NCBI GenBank assembly: GCA_045533335.1 | Contig: JAZSHQ010000055.1 | Location: 1,713 to 65,712, forward strand | Direction of reading: 5' to 3' | Source of the DNA: Eubacteriales bacterium | GTDB lineage: Bacteria; Bacillota; Clostridia; Oscillospirales; CAG-382 | DNA length: 64,000 nt | Shown here: positions 1-8,251 of the stretch, one piece after another | How positions within the stretch are numbered: the stretch's first letter is position 1 | How the letters are laid out: each line of letters opens with the position of its first letter | Made by a program: the position numbers and the translations under genes | The notes under the pieces: model-generated | Told to the model about the DNA's origin: nothing | What the model saw: the letters and a program-made list of their open reading frames with translations, nothing else | Databases searched by the model: none

Positions 1-157
1 GGTCGGCAAGTATATCGCTCTCTATCGGCTGTATCGGACAGCCTTCGAGCATATACGGGTGCTCGAAATGCTTGACCGTGCGCATATCGCGCGCGTCGTC
101 GGTGCGTACACGTGCAAGGTCGGCTTTTCTTTTTCTTTTTTCTTCCCTCTTTTCCAT
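1..157 (-). CDS. Partial CDS (first 52 codons; continues past left window edge), Lys/Arg-rich N-terminus, function unknown
   Basis: Hand translation of the minus strand from ATG (157-155) gives MEKREEKRKRKADLARVRTDDARDMRTVKHFEHPYMLEGCPIQPIESDILAD, open to position 1. A GAGGTGA Shine-Dalgarno (rc of 162-168) lies upstream. It is absent from the ORF track because the window truncates it. Confidence 0.4.
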   Translation of the reverse strand, partial: MEKREEKRKRKADLARVRTDDARDMRTVKHFEHPYMLEGCPIQPIESDILAD

Positions 158-294
158 AAAATCACCTCACGGAAAAAGCCTAACACAAAATAGTAAAGAA
201 AACGGTAAAGAAAAGCGTAAAGATTTCGTAAAGATTTTCTCTTGAAATAATATTTTTCGGGTGTTATAATATAAAAAACCCTCGGAGAAAGAAA

Positions 295-972
295 ATGAAA
301 ACGATAATAAATTTTATAAAGGAACGCAAATACTGTCTTATTTTGTTGTATTGGCCGTTTCATTCGCTATGGTACGAAATACTGCGTATCGCCTACCCCT
401 CCGACGAAAGCGTGCTTATTGTCGAAAGCGCGCTCGACCATAAAATCCCGTTTTGCGAATGGTTTTTAATTCCGTACGTTATTTGGTATTTCTGTATTGC
501 ATACGTTATTGTTTATCCGCTTTTTAAGGATAAGCGCGAATTTTGGCGTGCGAATCTTTTGGTCGACGGCTGTATGATACTGCCGATGATATTCTGCACG
601 ATTGTTCCGAACGGTATCGATACGGCACTTCGTCCCGATTTTGCAACGCTTGGTCGCGAAAACATTCTTACTTGGGGCGTTCAGCTCGTCTATGCCGCCG
701 ATTCCCCGCCCAGAAACTGTATGCCTTCGATGCACGTATCTGTCGCTTGGGCAATGTTTTTTGCAATACTGCAAAGCAAAATTATGCTCAAAAAGCCGAT
801 ACACAAGGCGCTTTTCGGTGTTTTTGCGGTCCTTATTTCGCTTGCAACGGTGTTTATAAAGCAGCACAGCATTTTAGACGTTTTCGTCGGCTTCGGCGTC
901 GGCGTTTTGGTGTTTGTAATCGTGTTTGTTGCCGAAAAGGTTTATGATAATAGAAAAAAAGCGACGGTTTAA
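295..972 (+). CDS. PAP2-superfamily integral membrane protein (PAP2_C / phosphatase-like)
   Basis: 225-aa ORF with a GGAGA SD before the ATG and several hydrophobic helices. PAP2-like motifs PSMHVS and KQHSILDV are present. Confidence 0.7.
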   Translation: MKTIINFIKERKYCLILLYWPFHSLWYEILRIAYPSDESVLIVESALDHKIPFCEWFLIPYVIWYFCIAYVIVYPLFKDKREFWRANLLVDGCMILPMIFCTIVPNGIDTALRPDFATLGRENILTWGVQLVYAADSPPRNCMPSMHVSVAWAMFFAILQSKIMLKKPIHKALFGVFAVLISLATVFIKQHSILDVFVGFGVGVLVFVIVFVAEKVYDNRKKATV

Positions 973-1826
973 CCGCCGCTTTTTTCGTGCCTTTCCAAAA
1001 GTACCCTTATATTGTAAAACGCCTCGTCGTTTATTTTCAGCCAATTTTCGAGATATGGGCTGTTATTAAGAATTTCGGTGAATTCGGTCTTTGCCTTAAC
1101 CTTTATAAGCGCATCACGGCAGATATCGGCGTAAACGCCGCCGTTTAGATATTCCTCCGCAAGCGCGGGAACTGCAAGCAGACCGTATATTTCACAGTCC
1201 GAGGCAAGCGAAACGATATCGAGAGAAAGCAGGGTGTTTAGCCTTTTGTGCAACATTTCGCAGTAGCCGGGCGGATTAAGCAATACCGTTTCCCCGTCGG
1301 TTACCGATATTTCCGTTTGATTGCGCAAAACATTGGTGTCACAATGCAAAAGCTGTGCTAACGCAAAAAAGGCATAAGGCTGATAAGGGTCGTTTTCGCG
1401 TTCCAAAAAAGAATACATATTCGGCAGGAGCGAATAATCGCCGTATTTACAACGATACGAGGTATGATAACCTCCGCTCCAAGCGTGCGAGCAAACCGTT
1501 CCGCCGAAGGGGCAAAGATGCGTTTCTTTTTTGAAAGCAACCAAAAGCGCGCAAAGTTTTTCGCCGTTTTGGGCGGCAAGCTCGGTTTCCTCGCCAAGCC
1601 TGATTTGCGTTTCGGCAAGCCATTTTATATATTGGTTGCTGTTTTTGTCGCCTTTAAAATCCTCGGTCGCGGAATAATCGTTTCCGTATCCGCTTATTTC
1701 GCGTTCGAGAAAGCTTTTACATTCCTCTATAGATGTTTCGATATTCACGCATTGATGATCGCCCTTGCAGGCGGCAAGCTGAAAAGCAAAAAGCAGAGCA
1801 AATAAAATCAAAACCGTCTTTTTCAT
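969..1826 (-). CDS. Cys-rich lipoprotein, function unknown (last gene of the sigma/anti-sigma operon)
   Basis: 285-aa ORF with signal peptide plus lipobox MKKTVLILFALLFAFQLAAC. Its start overlaps the upstream gene's stop by 4 nt. Confidence 0.75.
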   Translation of the reverse strand: MKKTVLILFALLFAFQLAACKGDHQCVNIETSIEECKSFLEREISGYGNDYSATEDFKGDKNSNQYIKWLAETQIRLGEETELAAQNGEKLCALLVAFKKETHLCPFGGTVCSHAWSGGYHTSYRCKYGDYSLLPNMYSFLERENDPYQPYAFFALAQLLHCDTNVLRNQTEISVTDGETVLLNPPGYCEMLHKRLNTLLSLDIVSLASDCEIYGLLAVPALAEEYLNGGVYADICRDALIKVKAKTEFTEILNNSPYLENWLKINDEAFYNIRVLLERHEKSGG

Positions 1827-2461
1827 TTACTTTCCTCGCTTTCGGTGTTCACGCTCAGCGCGATCCTTACCAGCTCCTCAAGCCGAACTCCGTCGGAATT
1901 GGTAATAACGTAGGAATAATTCCCATCGGTCCAAGTGATATTGTTGTTTGCAAGCCCGTTAAAATTATTTGCCGCAAAGCCCGCGTTCCCGTTAATATCG
2001 ACACTGCTTATCACCTCTTCGAAAGCCGAAAGGTCTACCTCGTTTGCGGGATAGCTCTGAAAAAATATCTTATTTTCGCCGTTCATATATTCTATCTGCA
2101 GGCTTCCGTCCGCCCAAACGGTACAGCTGTTCATATAATAGCCCTCGGGGATATATTCGGGCTTTACAGGAACGTCAACGCCCGAAATAACGCTTTCGTC
2201 AACACTTTCGGTTTGGCTTGTATTATGCTGTTCGGGTCTTTTAATTAAAAACGGAAGCGAAGCAACGAACACGGCAATAAGCAACACCGCCGCCGCAATA
2301 AGCAAAATACGCCTTTTTGCGGAAATACGCCTTCTGCCCAGCAGTGTGCTCATTTTTCTTTCGAATTCGGGAGTCTGATTCCACTCACGCTCTTCTGCGT
2401 TTTCAAGCAGATCGAGCTCTGCCTTCAACGCGGCTTGCTTTAATTTTTCGTCTACCCTCAT
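1823..2461 (-). CDS. Anti-sigma-factor-like membrane protein (DUF4367-type C-terminal domain)
   Basis: 212 aa with a cytoplasmic N-terminus, a single TM segment (ILLIAAAVLLIAVFVASLPFLI) and an extracytoplasmic domain. It overlaps the sigma gene stop by 4 nt, the typical sigma/anti-sigma arrangement. Confidence 0.7.
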   Translation of the reverse strand: MRVDEKLKQAALKAELDLLENAEEREWNQTPEFERKMSTLLGRRRISAKRRILLIAAAVLLIAVFVASLPFLIKRPEQHNTSQTESVDESVISGVDVPVKPEYIPEGYYMNSCTVWADGSLQIEYMNGENKIFFQSYPANEVDLSAFEEVISSVDINGNAGFAANNFNGLANNNITWTDGNYSYVITNSDGVRLEELVRIALSVNTESEESK

Positions 2462-2991
2462 TCTTCCCCCTCCTTCAACATATTTTTAAGCATCGCCCTT
2501 GCGCGTAACAAACGCTTTTTCACGGTTTCGCCGTTTAAACCCAAAAGGTCCGCGATATGCTTCGGCTTCATATCGTCCAAGTATCGCAAAACGATAACCG
2601 TGCGGTATTTCTCGGGAAGCTTGTTTATACAGTCGGCAATTTTCGAAATATCGCTTTCCGAAATAATTCGTTCAAACTCGCTTTCCTCGAAGGGAATATC
2701 CATATCCTCTTCGATAAATATTTCTTTTCTGTTCTTTTTCAAAATGTTCAACGCCCTCGTTTTCGCCGCGCGCAAAGCATAAGCCGCCGTTTCGGGTGAA
2801 TCTGCATCGCCTAACTTACCGATATTTCTTGCTATGGCAACAAACGCTTCGTGTACCGCATCCTCGGCAAGATAGCTGTCGCCGAGTATCGAAAACGCCG
2901 CGGAATACATTTTATTTTTATACTTTTCGTAAATATACGCCAATTTTTCGCGGTCATCCGCTTTATCGGCAAGCGCCATATAAATAAGCAA
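2458..2991 (-). CDS. RNA polymerase sigma-70 family (ECF-type) sigma factor
   Basis: 177 aa. Region 2-like sequence AEDAVHEAFVAI and region 4 HTH (YRTVIVLRYLDDMKPKHIADLLGLNGETVKKRLLRAR) are present. The track start is TTG 2991, preceded by a G-rich SD; the alternative ATG is at 2979. Confidence 0.85.
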   Translation of the reverse strand: MLIYMALADKADDREKLAYIYEKYKNKMYSAAFSILGDSYLAEDAVHEAFVAIARNIGKLGDADSPETAAYALRAAKTRALNILKKNRKEIFIEEDMDIPFEESEFERIISESDISKIADCINKLPEKYRTVIVLRYLDDMKPKHIADLLGLNGETVKKRLLRARAMLKNMLKEGEE

Positions 2992-3094
2992 CGCCGATCC
3001 CCCCCCTTTCTAAATAATATAACAGATGAATGATTATAAAGTGGACATTTTCTAAGAAAAAACAGGGACGACTCACGCCGTCCCGTTCGTTTTT

Positions 3095-4156
3095 TTATTT
3101 AATAATAACCTCGTGGCCGGTTTTTGCCGATTCGTAAATTGCGTCGAGTATCTGCATAAGAACAACGCCGTCCTCTGCGGGAGCGATGCATTCGCAGTTG
3201 CCGAGGCAGGAATCGACGAAATGATTGATCTCACGCGCGAAAAGTCCGTCGAAGTTGAGCGCGGTATCGCCGAAGGGCTTAATGTCGACAAAGGTGCCGT
3301 TCATATCGCCGAAGTATTCTACCTGCGGGCTTATCTTCGCGCCTGCTTTCGTGCCGAACAGCTCGATTTCGCCGCGGTCGTTTTTAAGGTTGAGCTTAAA
3401 CGATGCTTCGACCGAAAGGGTAAGACCGTTATCGAAGCGGACCATAGCCGCCGCCATATCTTCTACGTTATATTTAAAATCATATCCCGCGGTGGTGGAG
3501 ACCCAGCTTTGACCGCCGCCCGCGCGGTTGGGGTCGAGGTTGTTATAGGTTACGCCGTAAGCCGAAACAGGCTTGGGGTTGCCCGCGAGGAAGCGAACAA
3601 GGTCGATAACGTGAACGCCGAGGTCGATAAGAGGACCGCCGCCCGAATATTCCTTATCGCCGAACCAGCCGCCGGGGCATCCGTTGCGGCGAAGGTAGCT
3701 TGCCTTTGCATAGTAAAGGTCGCCAAGAGTTCCGCCGTCAAGGAATTTACGGATAAGATCCGCATCGTTACCGAAGCGGCGAACGAAGCCTACCATTAAA
3801 AGCTTGCCGTTCTTTTTCGCGCATTCAAGCATTTCTTCCGCTTCTGCGGTGTTCATCGCCATAGGCTTTTCGCAAAGGACGTGACAGCCGGCGTTTAATG
3901 CCGCGATAGTTGCGGGCTTGTGCGAGGAGTTCCAGGTGCAGACCGAAACCGCATCGATCTTTTCCTTTGCAAACATTTCGTTAAAATCGGTATAATATGC
4001 GGGCACGCTGTAGTGTTCCGCATAATTCTTCGCCTTGTTTTCATCAAGGTCGCAGACAGCAACTACTTCGCACTTGTCGGGTATTGCCTTGTAGCCGTTT
4101 GTGTGGTTGTAACTGATACCGCCGGTACCGATAATTGCAATTCTTAACTTTTCCAT
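3095..4156 (-). CDS. Gfo/Idh/MocA family NAD(P)-dependent oxidoreductase
   Basis: 353 aa. N-terminal Rossmann motif LRIAIIGTGGIS, the EKP motif (LCEKPMA) and the family-typical C-terminal alpha/beta domain are present. Confidence 0.9.
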   Translation of the reverse strand: MEKLRIAIIGTGGISYNHTNGYKAIPDKCEVVAVCDLDENKAKNYAEHYSVPAYYTDFNEMFAKEKIDAVSVCTWNSSHKPATIAALNAGCHVLCEKPMAMNTAEAEEMLECAKKNGKLLMVGFVRRFGNDADLIRKFLDGGTLGDLYYAKASYLRRNGCPGGWFGDKEYSGGGPLIDLGVHVIDLVRFLAGNPKPVSAYGVTYNNLDPNRAGGGQSWVSTTAGYDFKYNVEDMAAAMVRFDNGLTLSVEASFKLNLKNDRGEIELFGTKAGAKISPQVEYFGDMNGTFVDIKPFGDTALNFDGLFAREINHFVDSCLGNCECIAPAEDGVVLMQILDAIYESAKTGHEVIIK

Positions 4157-4328
4157 TCTTTTTCAATCCGCACAGAGCCCGACAGGCACCCAAAAAGCCG
4201 CCGAAGGCTCGGTTGCGTTTCCTTTCATTTTAGCCGTATATGGCTTTATTTTGATAATATAATCATTTTCCCCTTTTGTCAAGTACGTGTATAAAAATAA
4301 AAATTTTTAATAAAATAGACCACCCCCC

Positions 4329-4357
4329 TTGACAATCGCTTGATTGTGTAGTATAAT
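4329..4357 (+). promoter_or_regulatory. Sigma-70-type promoter (TTGACA-17 nt-TATAAT) for the DUF805 operon
   Basis: -35 TTGACA lies at 4329-4334 and -10 TATAAT at 4352-4357, with an exact 17-nt spacer, about 35 nt upstream of the start codon. Confidence 0.7.
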
Positions 4358-4390
4358 CAGGTAACATATTCGAGAGGAGATGTGTTTATT

Positions 4391-4888
4391 ATGATCAAAG
4401 CTTATATCGACGGTTTGAAAAAATGGAAGCGATGGGACGGGCGCACAAGAAGAAGAGATTATTGGTTGTATTGGGCTTCTAACTATCTCGTATTGGCAAT
4501 AGCATATTCGCTTTCGATACTTTTAAGCACGCTTGGATTTACCACGCTTGCAATCTTTTCGTGGATCGCTACGGTTGCCTACTCGGTGCTTCAATTTATG
4601 CCTACGCTTGCGATTACGATTAGAAGATTGCACGATACCGACAGGGGCTTTTTTCACCTGTTTATCCAATTTCTCCCCGCGGTTGTTTCCGGCATCCTTT
4701 CGGTTATCGGTATAGGCGGTATTTTGAACTCGATCATTTCAAGTGCTTGTTCGATTATATTTTTCGTTTGGATGGTATTGCCCGGCACCGTCGGCAGAAA
4801 TAAGTTCGGCCCCGACCCCAAGGACGCTCAGTTCTCGCAGGAAGATGCGACCAACTACGGTGAATACCCCGATTTCAGAGGAGAATAA
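4391..4888 (+). CDS. DUF805 family membrane protein
   Basis: The motifs GRTRRRDYW and IRRLHDTDR are characteristic of DUF805, and there are 4 hydrophobic helices. ATG 4391 sits 10 nt after a GGAGA SD; the track start GTG 4382 is the alternative. Confidence 0.8.
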   Translation: MIKAYIDGLKKWKRWDGRTRRRDYWLYWASNYLVLAIAYSLSILLSTLGFTTLAIFSWIATVAYSVLQFMPTLAITIRRLHDTDRGFFHLFIQFLPAVVSGILSVIGIGGILNSIISSACSIIFFVWMVLPGTVGRNKFGPDPKDAQFSQEDATNYGEYPDFRGE

Positions 4889-4890
4889 CA

Positions 4891-5766
4891 ATGAAACTTA
4901 AACCTTTTTTGGGTATCGACATTACCCACAACAAGAAAAACACAAATTACGACGGCGATATTTTTATTGTCGACAGAGCCACGCTTGCAGAAACCGCTTC
5001 GTTGGACGAAGCGCTTGAAAACGCAACAGACGTGGAAAAAAAGGCGCAGTTGCCTTGGGCGCTGACTTTAATTAAGCTAATTTGCGAGCTTATGGGCTTG
5101 CTTTGCGGTTTTGCAGTATTGCGCGGATTTATCGACAGCGAGCTTACCTTTGCGGAGCGATACAACAACGCGCCTTGGATAGTTTGGTGCGCGGTAATAG
5201 GTCTTTTGGGTTGGGTCGTTTTGGGCACGATTTCGAAGAAAAAGCAAAAAACCGTTTACGAAAGTTCCGAAACCGAAAATGCCCAAACCGCGCTTACCGC
5301 CGCCGCAGGCGATATTTACGAAAGATTCAAAGTTCCTGTCGATGCGCCCTACGTTGACATTCTTTCCTTCTGCTACAAAATAAAAGACGGTGAGGCGGTA
5401 CATAAAGAAAGAGCAACCGATTTAACCTCACACATCAACTATGCTACCCGCGTTTTTATCGAAGGCGAAAACCTTATACTCGCCGACCGCGACAGCAAAT
5501 TCGCCTTTCCGTTAGACTCGCTTCGCAAAATACATACTGTAAAGAAACGCATTTCTATTCCCGTATGGACAAAAGATATCCCGTATAACGAAGGCGAATA
5601 CAAACAATATAAAATGACGGTAAACCAGTTCGGAAGCATATTTATGAAAACCTATCATATTCTCGAACTCGACCGCAACGGCGTGGCTTGGGGCATTTAC
5701 TTCCCCTGCTATGAATTACGCGTGATCGAAAATATAACCGGACTTACAGCCGAAGCCGAAGAATAA
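4891..5766 (+). CDS. Hypothetical membrane protein
   Basis: 291-aa ORF starting 2 nt after the DUF805 stop. It has two predicted TM helices (LTLIKLICELMGLLCGFAVL, WIVWCAVIGLLGWVVLG) and is followed by a strong terminator. Confidence 0.7.
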   Translation: MKLKPFLGIDITHNKKNTNYDGDIFIVDRATLAETASLDEALENATDVEKKAQLPWALTLIKLICELMGLLCGFAVLRGFIDSELTFAERYNNAPWIVWCAVIGLLGWVVLGTISKKKQKTVYESSETENAQTALTAAAGDIYERFKVPVDAPYVDILSFCYKIKDGEAVHKERATDLTSHINYATRVFIEGENLILADRDSKFAFPLDSLRKIHTVKKRISIPVWTKDIPYNEGEYKQYKMTVNQFGSIFMKTYHILELDRNGVAWGIYFPCYELRVIENITGLTAEAEE

Positions 5767-5784
5767 ATCATCTCGACAAAAACA

Positions 5785-5822
5785 AGCGTATGAAACCGAA
5801 ATTTCATACGCTTTTCTTTTTT
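5785..5822 (+). terminator. Rho-independent terminator
   Basis: The stem AGCGTATGAAA / TTTCATACGCT is followed by a T-rich tract (CTTTTCTTTTTT). Confidence 0.8.
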
Positions 5823-5854
5823 GTTTACAACTATAAATCTCGCTTACGCTCGAC

Positions 5855-5922
5855 ATTATGAGCTTGCCCGAAGGGCAATCATAACTCATAACTCATAACT
5901 CATAACTCATAACTCATAACTC
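5855..5922 (-). repeat. Extragenic repeat: hairpin plus 6 tandem copies of the heptamer GAGTTAT (minus-strand sense), directly after a stop codon
   Basis: ATAACTC occurs 6 times at 5881-5922 and ends 2 nt from the TGA of the 5925-8069 gene. The adjacent hairpin is TTGCCC-GAA-GGGCAA. The 25-mer GAGTTATGATTGCCCTTCGGGCAAG (rc) is identical to 16838-16862. Confidence 0.85.
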
Positions 5923-5924
5923 GA

Positions 5925-8069
5925 TCAAGGTCTGCCGGGGCGACCGCCGCCGGGGCCCATACCGCCGCTTCCGTAAATAAGCGAGCTCATAGTGACCGTG
6001 GCAAGCGTCGTTCCGCCCGATTTGGTGGTGTTGCGCGCAAAGCCGTTCGAATCGGCGCCGCTCACCGTTGCACCTGCAACAAGCGTATAGCTGTTGCCGC
6101 TTTGTATTTCGGGTGCGGTAACCACCGCGCACTTATAGGATTTTGCGGGGGTGAAGGAAACTATCACCTTTCCGCTCGAATCGCACACGCAGAAGTTCTT
6201 GCCCGCGTTTTGCTGGCTGAAGGTAACGAGCATAGAGCCCTGATTGCTTGCGCTCGAGAAATTTTGCGCCATATCCGAGGTGCCGAGCGCAACAAGCACG
6301 CCGCCCGTAACGGTTGCGGTGCCGTCGTAATCGAAAATACCGTTGCCGCCGCTTGTCGGACCGCTAACGAGCGTTACTCCGCCCGAAACGGATATATTTC
6401 CGTTGGCATCGATACCGTCGCCGTTTGCGTTGACCACGGTATAACCGCCCGAAATATTTATCTGACCGCTTGAAGACGAGAAGTTATCGCCCGGTCTGCC
6501 GCCGCCCATGCCTGAGGAGGAATCGTTGCCGCCCGCGGCATTTATACCGTCGTCCGATGCGACAAGCGAAATTTCACCGCCCGTGATAACCACCTGCGTA
6601 GCCTCGATACCCTCGTAGCTCTTCGAAATATTAATTTTGCCGTTCGCGATTACCAAATCGGTATCTGCGTGAATACCGTCATCGCCCGTGGAAAGTGCAA
6701 GACTGCCGCCCGAAACGGTTATAGTTCCGTTGGAATGAACGCTGTCGTCCTTGGAATTAATATTGAACGTGCCGCCGCTGATAAGAATATCCGAGCCTGC
6801 CTTTAAGCCCTTATAGGATTCGCTGTCCGAAGAGGAGGGCGAGCTCGAGCTTCCGCCGCCCGATTTTACGGTAATACTGCCGCCTTCGATTTTAATAATA
6901 TTGTAAGCCTGAATACCGTCGTTGCCCGAGGTAATATTTATCGTGCCGCCGGTGATATAAACGTAGCCTCTGTCGGCATCCTCGGAATTATCCGAGCGTA
7001 TTCCGTCGCTTCCCGCGGTTAGGGTAATATTGCCGCCGCCTATCTTAACGCAGTCCTTGCCGTCGAGCGAAGTATTGTTGGATTTAATATCAAGCGTTCC
7101 GCCCGTAACGATAAGGTCGTCCTTCGAAACTATGCCGTGCTTGTAATTACCGTTAACGGTAAGCCTGCCGCTTCCGTTTACGGTAAGGTCCGCGCGTGAG
7201 AAGAGCGCGGCATCAAGCGTGCTGTCGCCGTCGGTCAAAACGTAATTGCTTCCGTCGGAAAGGCTGTTCACGCTTCCCTCTGCAAGCGTTATTGTGCATT
7301 TATCCGCCGATTTAACGTATATCGCAGGGCCGTTCGAGTTGTTTATGGTAAGCCCGTTTAAAATAAGCTGTACCTCGTCATCGCCGACATCGACGGTTAT
7401 CATAATATCCTTGCGGTTGCCCGTAAGAGTATAGGTGCCGCCCGAGGTGATATTTATAATATCGGGGTTTGTTGCGGGTGCTTCGGGCTCGCTGCTTTCG
7501 TTTTCGCTAACGCTTTCCGAACTTTCGTCCTTGCTGTTATTGTTGCTGTTGTTATTGTTATTGTTGTTGCCACCGTTATCGGGAACGGGCTTCGAGCTTT
7601 CCTCTGTGCTTACGTTGCTTTCGGGAATGCTTTGCTCGTTATTATCTCCGCCCGAGCCTTGCGAATTTTCGCCCGAGGGAGCAGTGCTTTCCTCTTCTTC
7701 CGAATTTTCGCCGTTTTCGCTGTTTTCTGTGCCGTTTTCGCTGTTTTCTGTGCTGTTTTCGCTTACCGTTTCGGAATTTTCCGAATCTTGTTTGCTGTTT
7801 TCCCCGCCGCCTGCGCTAACGTCGTTACCGTTTTCGGAGGTATCGTCGTCACCGAGGTTGATAAAGCTGTTATCGTCGGAGGAATAGTCGGGGTTAAGGT
7901 CCTCCTCATCGAAGCTGAAATCCATTTTATCGGTGTCTGCGAGGGTTACCGACACGTCGGAGGGTATTCCCTCGAGCGCGGGATTGTCGACACCGCTTTC
8001 GCCGCAGCCTGCAAATATAAAGCTTAGCGCCACAAAGAAGCAAAGCGCAAGCAGGGTTATTTTTTTCAT
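5925..8069 (-). CDS. Secreted lipoprotein with an acidic low-complexity linker and a Cthe_2159-like (PF14262-type) beta-helix carbohydrate-binding domain
   Basis: 714 aa with lipobox MKKITLLALCFFVALSFIFAGC. An E/S/N-rich linker includes a poly-Asn run. Repetitive beta-helix sequence (QLILNGLTINNSNGPAIYVKSADKCTITLAEGSVNSLSDG, LTVNGNYKHGIVSKDDLIVTGG) is typical of this family. Confidence 0.85.
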   Translation of the reverse strand: MKKITLLALCFFVALSFIFAGCGESGVDNPALEGIPSDVSVTLADTDKMDFSFDEEDLNPDYSSDDNSFINLGDDDTSENGNDVSAGGGENSKQDSENSETVSENSTENSENGTENSENGENSEEEESTAPSGENSQGSGGDNNEQSIPESNVSTEESSKPVPDNGGNNNNNNNSNNNSKDESSESVSENESSEPEAPATNPDIINITSGGTYTLTGNRKDIMITVDVGDDEVQLILNGLTINNSNGPAIYVKSADKCTITLAEGSVNSLSDGSNYVLTDGDSTLDAALFSRADLTVNGSGRLTVNGNYKHGIVSKDDLIVTGGTLDIKSNNTSLDGKDCVKIGGGNITLTAGSDGIRSDNSEDADRGYVYITGGTINITSGNDGIQAYNIIKIEGGSITVKSGGGSSSSPSSSDSESYKGLKAGSDILISGGTFNINSKDDSVHSNGTITVSGGSLALSTGDDGIHADTDLVIANGKINISKSYEGIEATQVVITGGEISLVASDDGINAAGGNDSSSGMGGGRPGDNFSSSSGQINISGGYTVVNANGDGIDANGNISVSGGVTLVSGPTSGGNGIFDYDGTATVTGGVLVALGTSDMAQNFSSASNQGSMLVTFSQQNAGKNFCVCDSSGKVIVSFTPAKSYKCAVVTAPEIQSGNSYTLVAGATVSGADSNGFARNTTKSGGTTLATVTMSSLIYGSGGMGPGGGRPGRP

Positions 8070-8194
8070 AGCAAACTCCTTATTTCAAACTAAATTATTT
8101 GCACCGTTTATATCAGACAAATATTAATATTTTATGAATATATTTTATATTTTTTCCTTAAACCAAACTTTAGCGCGAAGGTTGTTAACGTTTC

Positions 8195-8223
8195 TTGACT
8201 TTTGTATATACGGCGTGTATAAT
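8195..8223 (+). promoter_or_regulatory. Sigma-70-type promoter (TTGACT-17 nt-TATAAT) for the ABC exporter
   Basis: -35 lies at 8195-8200 and -10 at 8218-8223 with a 17-nt spacer. This also explains why the TTG at 8195 is not a start codon. Confidence 0.65.
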
Positions 8224-8251
8224 ACCGTTATTAAAACACCGTGAGGGAACA

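Noticed and set aside
22-363. 113-aa ORF on the minus strand at the left edge
   Set aside because: It crosses the AT-rich promoter region of the PAP2 gene and is in a different frame from the better-supported partial CDS 1-157. It has no SD and an implausible sequence.
5881-5922. Possible CRISPR array or minisatellite
   Set aside because: The unit is only 7 nt with no spacers, and no cas genes are in the window. It is reported as an extragenic heptamer repeat instead.
7435-7887. 150-aa Leu/Ser-rich ORF on the plus strand
   Set aside because: It is the antisense reading of the E/S/N low-complexity linker of the 714-aa lipoprotein (poly-Leu opposite the Asn/Glu-rich repeat codons).
8195-8251. 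TTG start at 8195 for the ABC exporter (track ORF)
   Set aside because: The TTG is the first codon of a TTGACT -35 hexamer of a good promoter. An ATG at 8252 with a GAGGGA SD gives a normal N-terminus.
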